64,000 nucleotides of DNA from Acanthaster planci (GCF_001949145.1 NW_019091356.1:1364789-1428788), one strand, 5' to 3'; shown: positions 10,445-24,900, numbered from the stretch's first letter. The notes: generated by a model from the sequence alone, not told the origin. Program-made: numbers and translations.

Positions 10445-11867
10445 GCCAAGTCAGTCTTTGGCAAAGTACAGCACTTGATCAACACTGCTCGTATATATCG
10501 AAAATATTTACGAGAGGGGAAATTGAGGCCCTCCTATCATATCTGTAAGTGGGCCAAGCTGACTCTCTCGTGACAACTCTGAAAATTGGCGTGCCAACAG
10601 AAATGATCCCAGGAGCCACATTAAAAAAAAGTGTCCCGACATCCTTGACTTGGAAATAATAGTGGCATGGAGCTGTCAAAAATCCCAGGCTGCCACTCAG
10701 CCCTGAGTAATGGGTGTTTTGAATTTTAGCATGGAGACAAAATCAATCATTAAAATTGGCAAGTCAGGTCACATGTCACACGAAAGCAGTGAAATTTTTT
10801 TTTTTTCAAATTTTTTACTGGGTCATAGGTCGATAGTTGTATGACAATTTCCAAATTCCCAAACACTTTTATTTCGAAATTGTTATCTCTTTCACACGTC
10901 TGCAAACTGCTGATCTTATTCCAATAACTGTGTTTAAGCTTGGCCTCCCCCCCAAAAAAGAAGAAGTTTGGTTCAGGACTTGCAGTTCGTACGTGGTGTA
11001 CGTTGGTTGTTATTGAGAATACCCGTTGCCTTGAGGATACTCAGCAAACGTGGACGCACGTACATGTACACCATATTGCAATTAGTTTAACGATCAGGGA
11101 CTTTTTGTAATAGCTTAAGTAGTGCGTCAAGCTGTGTTGCTGACTGCCTGCACATAGGCCCTTTACACTTAAGAGATGATGCAGGTCAGACACAATGTCT
11201 GCCATGACACTATTTCTAATTTATCATCCCCTATTAGTGCACAGTTGAGCCAAGATCTCATTTATTGCCAAGATGCACAGAGACTAACTTGTCTTGAGAA
11301 GGCATTCAGAGCCCTGGTCTGGACAGCCCTGTTCAAGTGGCCTGGCAAGTACTGTACCCAGCTCCTCAATGCAACCGCACCCTGATGAACTTCAAGAGCT
11401 CACAATGTGTCTCATCTTTGTCCAAGCTGAGCAAATTTATTAAGACAGTTGGCAAAAGTGACGCAGAATAATGAGTTGTCCCACAGTGATAGATGGTTGC
11501 GGCTTCCGTGCGACAAAGTTCATTGTCATGAACATGTGACATGAGTAATGATGGTCTCTCTGTGGCATACCCCATTTGGGAAGTTGACAGATGGTATTTC
11601 ATCAACCTCATTAACAGTTGGGAATGGAAATAATTGTACACTTGGAGGCGTGTCCACAAAATGGAACTCAAAGTGTCTATTTCTACACCACAGGTATATG
11701 AACGTAGAGAGAGAATGTCTGGGATTGTTGCCAGATTAGAGTTGCGGGTGCGCATGCTGAGGTAAAACACATGTAGCGTACACGCAGGAACTCTGTTTAC
11801 CGTACCAAGTATCACACATCTCTGCAGGTGAACAATCATATATACCAGCCTATACCGAATAACCTTC

Positions 11868-12239
11868 ATGTGACCTGTCATGAAAAAATAAGAGTAAAGT
11901 CGCATCCCGCTCTGTCCTATTTTGAGGGTTCAAAGTCATATTGAAGTGGACGTCAAAGAGAAACCCATCTCCCATTTAATTCCAAATATTTCGCAGGATC
12001 ATATATTTAGAAATGTCATTTTCTCAGCAGTTCTGACGATAGCATTATTTATGTCTGGTCAGAAATGTTGAAACAATGTTGGGAACAAAGATGGAAAGCT
12101 ACCAAAATAATGTCACATTGTTACCTTATACTTTTACCCTTCTGCTACTGAAGCTCTTCTGCTACTGAATTCAAATATACCAATATCTCAATTTTTGAAA
12201 ATTCTGACTTTCGGCTCATTTTGGGGTGACAGGTCACAT
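11868..12239. mobile_element. Non-autonomous DNA transposon (MITE) with ~34 bp terminal inverted repeats starting ATGTGACC
   Basis: Left end ATGTGACCTGTCATGAAAAAATAAGAGTAAAGTC; reverse complement of the right end ATGTGACCTGTCACCCCAAAATGAGCCGAAAGTC. The first 13 nt are perfect. The interior is AT-rich and non-coding. Confidence 0.75.
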
Positions 12240-15200
12240 ATGTAGGCCGATATCCATGTGCAGAATAACAGTTGGTGTTCCTGATAACTGAAGCACCCTT
12301 AAATTAAGGAGTCAACTTGGATCATTAAGCCCTCGAGCCAGGAGCTTCACAACATCCTCTCCTGGAGGGTAACTGAGGCAAGGGATGAACCCAGAAGAGG
12401 TTCCTTTGCTGAGTGGTTATTGGTTCGACTGGTTGCGAGTCATCAGGAACTGGCTTAATACCTGATGGAAATGGTTAAGCGATGGGAAATGGGCGTGAGC
12501 CCGCGGAGGGTCATTTTCGTCCGTGTGTGGTCCGTGTTTATACTCGGAGTATTTTGCACAGCTGTTGGGGCATGGGCACCCCATTTGTTAAAAAGGAAGA
12601 CTTAATTAGTTTAATTTTGTAGATTTGGTGTGGAAATTTCAAATATGTTACTGGTAGGGGCCTACTGTTCTAAAAAAATATGAGGTAGCAAGAATAAAGG
12701 TTATGATGTTTGATGGACTGTACACCAGTATTGACGACCTTTTAGCCATAATGCCTCAAAATGTTCAAGATATATTGACAGTTTTGCATGAAATTTGGCT
12801 GGCAGTACTCAGACTACAAAATAGTAAGCAATAGTCTGTGCCTGAAGGACCTAGCACAACAAATTACTACTTCTGGCTAGGGCACCCTCCATTGTTACTA
12901 GTACAGAGAACAATGAAGTCATGCATTCATTGTGCCAGAGTCCTGTATGGTACATTGTCTTATCTATTTTATTTTATGGCTTCAGAGAACAACAAGATCA
13001 TGTCCTCTTACAAGCGACAGGACTGAATAGCACATTTTACAACTAAGTAGCACTTTGTAATATTTAGAGCAGTTTAGGGTTAATGAGTTACACATCTTGT
13101 ACAATGTATGTATATTTGACACTCTCTTATAATGTTGTGTGTGCCCTGCTTTCCATTGTAATAAGTGCTGCTGTTCCTGCTATCCCTGCTCATCGCAGAG
13201 ACATTCTGTGGCAATTGCCCGTGTATCAAGTTCAAACTTGCTCACCAACATTTGTAGCCCAGTTGATGCAGGTACAGAAGAGACCACTCGGGCAATTAAT
13301 CACTGTCCAGTGGGTCACAGAGCTTATGTAAGTGCCGTTTTATTTTGACACATCTGAAAAATATTTCTCCTGAAATCCCTCAAGCGGGCAATGTTTATCC
13401 GGCCAATAAATATTCCGATAAAAATACATGCAAGCTCTATCTACCAGGATTCCCTTCTGACATTGGCCAGCAGATCAGCTGCGGACCCCCGCCAAAATGC
13501 CAGCTAAAGTTATTGCCACAGGATGAGAAAAATGATGGTATGGGCGTTCGTGGGAATATTGCCGGCTTATAAAAAATGATTAGAGCAACAGCTGTTAGCC
13601 CCTAGATAAGATTGTCAAATTATCAATTCTCTGGGAAGTGCTTCCCATCTTCCAATTTGCCAGGGCTGATGACGTTAATGCGGTTAATTGGCAAAGCCCG
13701 CCCCTAACCCACCATTGAGATAGTGATAGAAAGAGGTTGTGTCAGCAGTCAGATAAACACATTACCTTATTGTGAAGTGGGTTTAGCGCTTGTTATTCAT
13801 GCATATGAGGGCCTTCTGCGTTGTCAATAAATACGGGGTAGATTGGCCTGTGGCTGTCAAGCAATGAACTATTAATCCTTTTAAATGTTCCACCTTTTTT
13901 AAAAATAAAGTTGCCTCTGTTTCCCTGATGGTTTTTCTGGTGGACACATTGAAAGTGGTTTTGGGCAGGCCCCCTGTGTCCCTTATGAGTGAAGAATGAG
14001 ACTTGCTCCCAGGAATCTAAGACAATCGGTTATCGGTTGTACGTGATTGATTTTTTCAACTACTGAATGGTTGCTAATGGTGTCAATCAAAAGTTAAGTG
14101 AAACAGTGAAGTATTTATCAGAGTGACAAAGTCTGTGGTTAGCATTTCATTTGTTGACATTCATCTTCAAATTCCCTTCAGCTTCCCCCCAAGAATTACT
14201 CCACATGCAGTATATTACATCATACTTTCTAGGGGTGCTTTTTCTAAAGTGCTTCAAGGAAACCATTCATTATAACTAAGGGCTTCCTGTCAAAAAATTT
14301 AGGTATATTCCGGGCTACTGGTGATAAGTTCTGCCGAATTCCCTATCACTGTTTGCAAGCAGTTTGTGCCATAATCCTTAATTTGTAAGTAACTGACAAA
14401 TAGTCAGATCCCTCCCAGCTTCCACCTGTCTCAGTCCCCTGTGTTTTCTTTTGGTGGGGACACTAGGTTGGCAGATATAAGTCATGACTGGACACCTTTT
14501 AAGATGACTTCCTGTTTTGAGAGGGGAACATGTTATCGCTTGCGTGCATCCTGGCGATTCCAAGCTTACTGTGACTCCACATGGTCATGTATCTCATCAC
14601 CTGCAGGTTTGGACTTACCTGACTCCCTCCCTCCCACCTTCTTAAAAATCTCCAAGGGCACCATGTTGTCACATGATGGCGTCGGGAAAGGAGGGAAAAA
14701 AAGGGGGCGTGATAGGAGAGGAAGGGAAGGTGGGGTCGGGTGCTGCCCTATGTGTCAAGCTTGTCCTTGACTTTGTGAAAAGTGCAGAGTGTGTTGCAGC
14801 TTTAAATATAATCTGTATGTTGCATCTTGCCCCTTGGAGGGAGGCAGTGCCAATTATATTTCAATTTTCATTACACTGCAACGATACCAAGTCACGTTAG
14901 AAATCCTCTAAAACTTTTTGCGCAGTGTTTATTGAAATGAATGTACGTGAACAGCAGATCTTGACGTTTTTCATGAAATGCTTACATTACCTGAGGACAT
15001 TCCTCATTTTTGCCACCAACTTGACACAATTTAAGTTACATATATAAACACCCAATATGCAGAGTTCATACATGTACACAAAAATGTTTTGAAGGACAGA
15101 AAGACTGCTTGGATTTCTTGTCATGGTCATTGTCAGATGGAATCTCTGAGTGAAGATGATTTCTGTGTGAATTCACTAGTTTTCCTAGTGCCACATTGGA

Positions 15201-18200
15201 CAGTTTGTATTTTTGCATGATTAATTCAAAATTGGCAAAAGGTCATTGGCAAAACCTACTCTTTTTGCCTTGGCATCAGCTGAGTAGGCTCTCATACCTC
15301 CAATAAAGCTTCTTCAAAGTGAATACACCCCCCCCCCATTGAAAGCAGTGGGTGTGATTGAAATTGGGTGAGAGATTTAGCAGGGGTTTGCCAAAGTAAT
15401 TAGGCCATTACTCTTTTCTCTGTTCGTGAATTCCATGATTGGCCTAGCAGGCCCCTGGAACATAGTAATTACCCCCTCTTTTTCCTTCTTGGAGTTCCTG
15501 CTGGGCTCCCTTTTCACAGGCAATAAACCTGTAATTGAGATTGTACCTCCCCAGGGGGTGCGATTGGCCCTCCCCAGTGACCCATTAGTGGCCAGACTGG
15601 TCCATTGACCTCAGCAAAATCAAAGATATTGGCTAAACAGGAGTCTCAAGAATCAGGTAGAAAGTGGTAGCAAAGGGATTCCCGAGGTTTGTGGTTTGAA
15701 CAGACCCAGTGGAGGGCACATATTCTTATGCATGATAGCGCTGTCTGGGGACATCTGAATTTTGAAGAAGTGCAGATCTTCAAGAACTGCTAGCTGCACA
15801 AGATGCTGATTTGATTTAAGAAAATCAACATTGAACATGATGTATGCATTGTGTGTTGTTATGACATTCATCATTTTGTGAATTTCTCCTTACCATTCTG
15901 CCTTAGACACTGCCATTGTGATCCTATTCTCTTCAGTTGCTTTGGTCTATTTTAAAGACAAACTTTACTCTTTATTCACAGTATCTTCTAGAGCATATCC
16001 TTCAATATAAGTATTCGGAGTAAAAGTACCCATCTTCTTTCAGTTCACAGTTTTCTTATGTGTACATGGTTACTGTCGTCCCACATGCTGCTCTTCCTTA
16101 ACTTCCCCGCAGATCTACTTTAGGGAAATTATTAGCAGGACACTAACCTTTTCAATCACTCCTGTAGGCCATTATATCCAGCCAATTTCTTGAGCAAACA
16201 TCACTTTGAGTTTCCTTCTCTCTTTTTGTTGGTATGAATTGTGGCAAGCATTCAAGGATGTGTGCTTAACTTGTTTGTAGACCCTCTGGCTGTTTCTTCA
16301 GGACACACAGCTAAAAATTTCCCACCAGAGCATAGGACGGGGCACAGTTGTTTTCTCTCCAACTTTGGAGGTGACATTAAGTCCACGAAAAATCACAATT
16401 CAATCAGATAATCAAATTCAACAGAGTCATTTGCCGGTGCCTAATTGCCACATTGAAAGAAAACACTAATATGGGATGGATGGGTCTGTTTTTCTTTTCT
16501 GGCGTGGTGTCTTGGTGAACCTGTTCAGAAGTTCAGGGCTGAATGAAGTGGCATGCAGGGGAGATTTCTCAATTCCGCCTTGTTGTTCCAGCTGCTTTCC
16601 TTAGACATGAATGTGACCGTGTACTTCAATGAGACGAAGCCGAGTTAGCATCCTGTCTGTAGAGGAAGGCCAGGTGTAAAGAATGCATTGTCAACTAGCA
16701 ATATCAGTAGGAATGGATTCAATATTGAGAAGATCAATGTGTGATGTGTTTGTAGCTAATTGTACCGTACTTGCCTCTCAGTGTTCAATTACCAGAGGTT
16801 ATCTCTGGAAGGAAAATCTGAATAAAGATCTTTTATTTGATTTAATATGAGCATGGGGATTAGATGTTGTTTTGGAATTTGTTTTGTTTTTTCCATGAAA
16901 TTCACAGTACAGGTAAGTGCATTGTTTGAGACTTGAAGTTAGAGATGTCACAGTTATGCTGCTTTGAAAAGATGAAATTTTGGAGACTATAACTTTGCTT
17001 CTCAAGAGAATTTGGTAGAGACAATCTTCCCCTTTGAGAGCGAGACCCTGAAATTGAACCTGACAGTTTGGTCCTACTGCACTTCCCCCTTCCCCGCTGC
17101 TTCTCCAAATTGGCACCCAACCAAGCCCCAGTTTCCACTGCAGCGACTTCCAAACCGCCGTCTGGGGACAGGAAAACATGCATTAATGGCCCACCACTGG
17201 CCAGACGAGCTAGCCTGGCGTATTGCCGCATCGATGGATTGCGACAGGCTCCTCCCTTTTTGGGGGTAAAATGAAGTAATGAAATGGGATTTTCGTCATT
17301 ATTATTATGCTGAGACCGGAACTGGATCAGTCTAATGGACATCATGACCCCATAAAGTACCCTCACCTTTATGGGGGGGGAGCATACTCTGTGTTGAGTT
17401 CTACCTTTCTGTGTACCACCTCTATTATATACTGTATGAGTTTTATCATGTACTCAGGTTTATGTAAATTTATGATCCACTCAAGTACACATTTGCAATG
17501 GCCCATACATCAAATTTTAAGTACTGATCGTTGTAAAGCAAAAGAACTAAAAAGACTTGTAATCTCTCCAGGGAGTCCTCATTTGGACATCATGTTCCCT
17601 TTGTAATCATGGTTTAGATCACTCGTCACACATCGTAGTCCTTGTCTGTGGTGTGCGAAATCACAGGAGAACCCGGTAGGCATTCACCACATTCGGGGGA
17701 CAAGTTCTTTTGTTAGGGAAATTTGAACTGAGTTGTGGTGACATTTCTGAGTCCCCACAGCATTTTTTCGTCCCCACAAAATAGGTGAAATTTCGGTTGT
17801 GTGTGTACATGTACATGATGTACATGTATGTGACCACTGACCAAAACTGCCCTCCGTACAGGTACATTTACCAAAAATTCCCACACTGTTCCATTATGTG
17901 GGGAATAAATATAACATTGTACATTTTGAAGGGATACATTTTGGAGTGTTAGGGTTGGCTCCTGTCAAGTTCAGGGATTTTGTGAGTTAAATTTGGCCAC
18001 AGGGTAGAGAAATGCTGTCCAGGCTATTTTGTGAAAACCTGCAGGCATAGAGATGTGATTGGACAGAGCTGAGTGTTTCTTGCAAATCCCGCTTGTCTTT
18101 GAAGAAAAAAGATTTGGAGGGCCATTAATTTCTCATCAGCACATTTCTTCTCCTCAGTGGACTGTTTTCCTTCAACCACCAAAAGTATTTCCAGGGGGGG

Positions 18201-21200
18201 GGCCGTGTGAGGTTGGCGCTGTTGACTGTTTATTTTCATCTGGACTTGAATTATATCGGTCCCAGGCAGAGTGTTTAATGGTTATTTATTCAGCCATTGG
18301 GACAATCTCTGATCACAGCTTGAACTGCGTGCTTTTTCTCTTGCCGACACAAGGTCACAAAACTTCTGGGTGATGTTTGTGTTGAGTAGACCCGTGTCGC
18401 CGCTCGTGATGCTCCAGCCCACTCTTATGGAAGGAGGAGAGCGCTGCAGTTCACCTCGGTTTATTTTTCTCAAAAAGTTGAAACTTTCAGTAAATGATGC
18501 TGGTCAAAGATCAGCTATAAATATGACATGTTTCTTGTTTCACCCTTCCAAGTAATGTTAACCTGTGGGAAAGGGACATCTCGGTGACACGGAAGTGTAA
18601 TTTGATACAGATATTCAGAGACTTGACCTAGAGATGCGTAACTAAACTTTCAAAAAATGATTGTTTGCCCAGTGCATAATTCGATGAAGGCATCGAGTTG
18701 AGCCCTCTTATAATATTTTATGATGCAGATGGCAAAATCGAGATTCGATTCAAGGATCTTAGCGCCTCAGGGTATTTATTCAAAGCTAGCACCTGCACGG
18801 ATTTAATTAAATATGGATTATAATCTTACCCAGCCCCCCTCTCTAATATTAGCAGAGCGTGAAGCATAGGAACCCAAAAAAAAAAGAAACAATTCCGACA
18901 GGAGGATTTTTTCCCCAATGCCGCCATGCCCCAACCTTGACATATTTGAGTTAGTCAAGGTTGGTTGCTGTAAATGCAATCCCACATTGGCTTGTTGACA
19001 CTTACTTGAACTGTTTGCAATCATTTCTGTTATGATTGTACTGTTCGGAAGAAACAACTGGAACAGGGGGGGAAAAAGGAGATTGTCCTTGAGTCTTTCG
19101 CATTTTGACACCTCTATGGCCACAATTTTGTATTCTATTATGGAATGACATTCATAAAAGCTGGCTAGTTGGGCATGACCGTGGTTCAGTATCAGTGAAA
19201 AGCTGCAAAGTGCTTGTACCCTGGACCGGTAATTTGTGAACTATTTGAAAATGCTGACATTTTGAAGTTTGAATGTTGAAAGTCAGTGGTAGATGGCTGA
19301 GTTGTGCATGGGTAGATTGTGGGTCATTGCTGTCCCTTTGTGCAGTGTTTCCCCTGCTCAAACACTGTTAAGCTTGCTGAAGATTCTCTTTGACCTTTAT
19401 GCCGTGACACTTTCTCTTTGTTCTCTTTCTGTTAGGTGAACATCGAATCCATCTCGCGTGCTTTTTTTTTCAGTGTATTTGTCAACTACTTCCATGTAAA
19501 AGTTCAGCGGCAGTACACCTAACAATATTTATAGAGCAGTCTACTTCAAAGGCTGGTCGTTATTATTTATCTAGAGAATTTTTTTAGGTTCTTATCAGAC
19601 TACTAGCGTACATTTTAGGAAGTAATTGAAAATTGCCTTTTTCCTTCTATACCTGCTTCTAGATTGCATATTGGCTTTGACCTTGCGTTTGCAGCTCGCC
19701 AGCTAGAACGTGACTTTTATACCCGATGCTGTGTTCAGCAGACACATTTTCGTGTCATTACAACATTATGTGGAGCCAACCTGACTAGCGGTGATTGCCC
19801 CCATCAAGTGAATTGGGAGTTTACACCACATTAGCTCTCGAGGGTCTTAAAGGTAATCTTTGTGCACACAATCTGCCCAGTATGCGGTTCCTTTTTGTTG
19901 GGCAGGCATGGCGGATTCCACTTGGAGGATTTATTTCAAGGGCCAAGTGTATTAAGGGCATTAGGACATGGTGGCTTTTTTGTCAGTTGGATGGAAGTAA
20001 TCTTGCAGGGCGCTTCATTGGTTTGGACACATTGGAGAGAACTGTTTGCCATTGGCCCTAGTCCAATCCTGTTTGTTGATGGCAGGATAGGTTATTGTTC
20101 TCCTTCATGAAGCACGTCCCATTATTTGGGCCATAAATGCATGATTTAGCCAGTCAGTAGTGTAATGGTTACACAGTGACCGATCAAAGGGGTAACCTGC
20201 TCGTAAATGTGCCCTAATCATGCAAATCATTGATGAAAGCAGGGGACACTATGGCGCCATTTCTGACATACCTAGAGTCCGCTCCCACGAACAGGGTTGC
20301 TTTGGCTTGGTGCACATTTAGCAGGAAAAAAAATTGAAAGAATTTTCTTTTTTGTGGCGACCGGTTCTTCAAATAAAGTTTTGCATGACTTCTTATTGTC
20401 TATTGGTTTGGTTAAATTTGAATTCAGAAAATCACAAAGTGATCAGAAAATCACTTTCATCTTGGGTACCAGAGGATCCTTGAAAATGAAGAATTCTGTA
20501 TTGTTTTCTAGTCATTTTTCCAAATTACTCTGCATTATCCGTAGGAGTTCTTGGTAAAACACAAAAAGTGATTCAATTTAGAATTCTTGCTGGCCTATGC
20601 TTGTACTGTTTTGAGTGTTTACATACAAGCCTGTATGAAATCACGTAATAGTGAACATTCCTGGGACCACGTAGAAAAGAGGACAACCTTGGGTTTGACC
20701 ACAGACCAAGAGCACCTACGATGATTCATTTCCCTACCAAAAGTGAAGATTCATAAAGTGTGATATCCTGGTGGTGGTGGTTTGTGTCTAATACGCAAAG
20801 GTCATTTTACCAGTGTCTTCCAGGATGTCTTCCAGGATGTTGTGGCATGGAAAAAAATGGGTCGTTTGCTGCATGCTGTGAAAGGGTCCATGGTGTTTAG
20901 TACGCCCCAGGGGGTAAATTGCACCTGAGGTGAAGCCCTAGTAAAGTACTAGTACTAGTAAAATTCTGCCCTCTCTTGGTCCCACTTGGGGCGGATGAGT
21001 AGAAAGAGCTTGAAGTGTCCAAAAAGTACGGCTATGTCGAATATTGGATCAATTATTGAATATTCAAATATTATTTTCCAAATTTGAATATTCAAATGCA
21101 AAATACATGAAAAGGAAGGTAGAATTTCCTTTTGTTTTAAATAAGTACAATTGCACTATGGAGGCTTGTTTCAAGCAGATTCAAAAGAAAAGCGACTGAA

Positions 21201-21217
21201 ATCTTATGATTCAAAAA

Positions 21218-21929
21218 GATTTCAGAGAGTTCAGCCATGTTTGATAACTAGGATCTCCCGCGCTGGACATGCCACATGCTTCAATACGAATGGCAAGGGA
21301 GGCAATCTTTTCAGTTGGCTTAAGGAAAATACAAGCTATTTAACACATGCAGTTATGCACAACGTATGATTGTAGGGTAAATTCAGCAACATCTCCAAAG
21401 CAGATTAAGGGAACGAAAATGAAATGCTGACAACAACAACAACAACAAGAAAACAGGAAAGCACCCACATCTCCTGTTGAAAACTGGGGGGAAATGGTAG
21501 CAGGCATTTCATGGCTCGTAGACCATAGTTCCTTCTTGATTTTGCTGGAGGCAAAATTTATTCATGTTTTTCAAAACTACAAGAGTGCCGGATGGATTGC
21601 ATTCAGCTCAGTTTCACTGGGGAATATACAGACATGTACATATTCATGTACATGCACACTGTATTCTCTGTATTCTCACTTTGCTGTGTGAGTCACTGAA
21701 ACACCAAGGTTTAATCAGTAGTGGGTTTCTTCTGACCATTTTGCTCAGATCAACGTAGAGTTGGTTTGATCTGAACAAGAAATGTCTGTCTTCATGCAGA
21801 ATGAATGATTGGAAGTGTGAGCAGAAATTTGGCATCTTGAGGGGTTTCAACATTCTAAGCCTGACATTGGGGAAAAGTAAGAAAAGAAATCATCTTTGGT
21901 TGTAAAACTTCAATGAGAGGCATGGATTT
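21218..21929 (+). repeat. Local duplication, copy 1 (~710 bp)
   Basis: Colinear with 25054-26174 at roughly 90% identity by eye, from GATTTCAGAGAGTTCAGCCATG to GAGGC(A/G)TGGATTT. Confidence 0.92.
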
Positions 21930-24900
21930 TTAGGGAAGGTAGGTTAGAAATAAGTCAGCTGGCATCACTTTATGGGGGGGATGGGTATATGCAGATATCC
22001 CCCCCCGTGACTTTACAACCCCCTGTCCCTACAGTGTCTTGTAGACTTTGAAGACAAGTTTTGTTGTGTGTTGCGTTCTGTTATCTGTACTTTCCAGGTG
22101 AAAATCAGAAATCCTTATCATCTAATGATCAATACATAGAAATGCAATACAGCGCACTCAAACTTACATGATTGCTGGAGTACAAGTGTATAAGTTTTGC
22201 GTACATGGACATACTTTACTCGAGGAAATAAAAATCCTGCTTCTCCCTTTAAAGAAATTGTTTCATCTCTCACTACAGGAGGGTACCTGTTTTCTGATGG
22301 CCCACATATAGGCCTATGGGCATCAGCTGATTAGTGTCTACAACCACTCTACCCCAACCACTTGCCTAGTCTGCTCACTAATGACTAAACCCAGGCTTGT
22401 GAGGATACCTTGAAGTCTATATTAAGGGCCCCTGTTTAGTTCGCCAGTTTAGCTTAGCCTAGGATGTTTCAAATTTCAGGGGGTTTCCTGACAACTTTCA
22501 TCGCCAGCCAAGGTGTGTAATTAAACCTGTAGCTCATTTGGCCAACCTGTGAAGTATTTTGCACTAGCTCTCTGTACTCATGGGGTGCCTTGGCTTAATC
22601 CCGACCGATGATGAATGGGGAGGCAGTATAACTGAAGAGAGAGAAAGAGAGAGGGGGGAAAGAAGGGGGAGAGAGCGACCAGGATCAGATAAAAGTGATG
22701 TCAAAAAAGGGCAAATGTCCAGAGAAAAGGATGTGGGAAATTTTGAGGACTTTCTGTTAATTCTGAGGAAGGATGGCTGATAAGAAGCCTGCACAGGTGA
22801 TAAATGAAAGGTCTTGTCTCGCTCTCTTCAAGTCTTTTGTAGTTGTGCCGTTCCTTGCCCCGCAGGTTGGCAGCTCTTTCTCTTAAGAAATGTAGGTCAA
22901 GAGGTCAAGAAATAGGTGTGCAAGATTTGTAAAATGAGCAGATTCTGTAGTGATTCTGGTCAGATTTTCCAGTATTTGGGAGTCATTCTAGCAAACAGGT
23001 ACATTTTACAGGTATGTAAACATCTGTAGATATGAAACAAACTTATATAAGAGTTCAAATAGAAAAGAAATACCAAGCACAGCTTTTAAACAGGACTGTA
23101 ACTAGCTGAACATCTGTGGAAGAAGCACCATGGTGATTTTGAATCTGATAGCTAAATGTTTGCAATTTACAAGAGGGGAAAATCTCCGGAAATTGTTGCT
23201 GAATGGTGCAAAGGTAACGCAAATTCCATCCATCTAGACTCCTGCAACTGTTTTTTGCAGTATGTTCATGTTCGGACATTCTTTACTCCTCTTTTCAGAA
23301 GGGTACATTAATCCTGTCAAGAGGCTTCCACTTTTGACATGACAAAGATCTGGAAGTTGTCCAACTAGGCCATTCTACATGAAAGGGCTGTCAGCAGAGA
23401 GCTTATTATCTCAAGAATTATGCTTTTTGTTCTTGGCCTTCAGACAGGAATTCCCGAGAGGGCCACTTTACTCAGTTGTGGAAGTCAAGGCTTGTGTCAG
23501 AGCGTACATGTTCATTTATTTGTTTATTTTTTTCTTGAGAGGAAATTTGTTTGACTTAGAATATTGTGCTATTAAGTAGCCAAAACATGTCAGATGAGAT
23601 TGAAGCATTGGTAGTGTATGGCCGTTTTTTCCCAGAGTTTCAGGGGGGCAGTACGCTGAAATGGAGTTGTTCTAGCATCATCTTCCGGGAAGTGGAAAAG
23701 AAAAAAATTCTACAGGGCAAAAATATAGTGTCCATTTTTGCACGGGCTAAACATTAAAAAAAGAATAAGAGTGGCTCCTTTTTTTCTCTTGATTTGCCTG
23801 ACTCATTTTCCAAGGTGGTTGCTGGTTGTTTGAAACCAAGAATAGTCCTATTAAACTTTGCTTGGCTCGTGACCAAAACTGTCTAACTCAAGGTTGAAAT
23901 TTTTTGGATTTTTCCAACCGAATTGAGAATTCAATGTGATTGAAGTGCCGTTCCTGTTTGGAGTGGAGGGGAGAGATTTCAAGAGCTTTTAACTTCCTCA
24001 TACGTACGGTGCCCAGGACTAACTAAATAGTCTTCTGGTTAAATTTGAAATCCATTATTCTTTTTTCTTTTTCTGTTCCCAGTTTTACTTGAATTCCCTT
24101 TTGAGCTGAGACTCCAACAAAGAGGAAGTCTCACTAGGGAAGCATTTAGACTGAATTTCTCGGGTACCAAGGTGAGGCAACTTGTGAATCCGCCCTGAGT
24201 GTTAGTGATTCCAGAGGTAAAAAAAAAATGGCAAGAGCAAACAAAAATGCACTGGCATTGATCACGACCATCCTGTCAACAGAAATATTGGATGGATTAT
24301 TTATTCGTCACCAGGGTGAAGCACTTATGACACTGAGGGCAAATATCCATCCCCTGTAGATGAGGAGAGGGCAAAATGTCTGGATTTATAAAACAAACAA
24401 GGCAGTCCTGTAGTGTGCAGAGACCGTTGTGTGCAGACAAGTTGTTGGTGTTAGGCAAACACCGCGAGATTAGAAAGCTTTTTACCTGGTTACATGGGTA
24501 TGGCTGTTCCTTGTCCAGGTCATTTTTCTACCATACATGCACTTGTGAGGGTTTTGGGGATGATTTGGGATTGGTTAATGAGATTCTGAGTTCTGCTACA
24601 GAAAGGTCCGGTTATGTAAAGAGAATAACATGTATTGTGACAGTTGTGTGATGGGTAAAAAGGCAAAGTGTTTGATTCTAGGAAAAAACAGAGTCGTGCT
24701 TCATGAGGTCAAATTGGAATAAAAGTCCTCTTGGCTGTTACAAAAAAAAAAAAGGAAGTGCGTGAACCAGTCGGTGAAAGGTTGACTTAAGTTTTGATTT
24801 TACTTCTTCAACTGGAACTTGAATGTACATGTATGTGTGGTGAATGAAGAGTTGGTCATGTGATTTTGTCCACAGTCGTTATTCTGTAACGTTTACCATA

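Noticed and set aside
11366..11905. 179 aa minus-strand ORF
   Set aside because: No recognisable domain or supporting exon structure; its start lies inside a MITE terminal repeat.
12681..12702. let-7-like start TGAGGTAG (also 8-11 nt matches to miR-71, miR-184 and miR-9 elsewhere)
   Set aside because: Seed-length matches only, with no hairpin seen; expected by chance in 64 kb.
20640..21065. Possible decayed SINE remnant (similar weak signal at ~46040-46410 on the minus strand)
   Set aside because: Resemblance to SINE tails or heads is too degraded to define boundaries without a library search.
22580..22794. E/R/G-rich ORF
   Set aside because: Low-complexity GA-rich tract with no recognisable homology or splice support.
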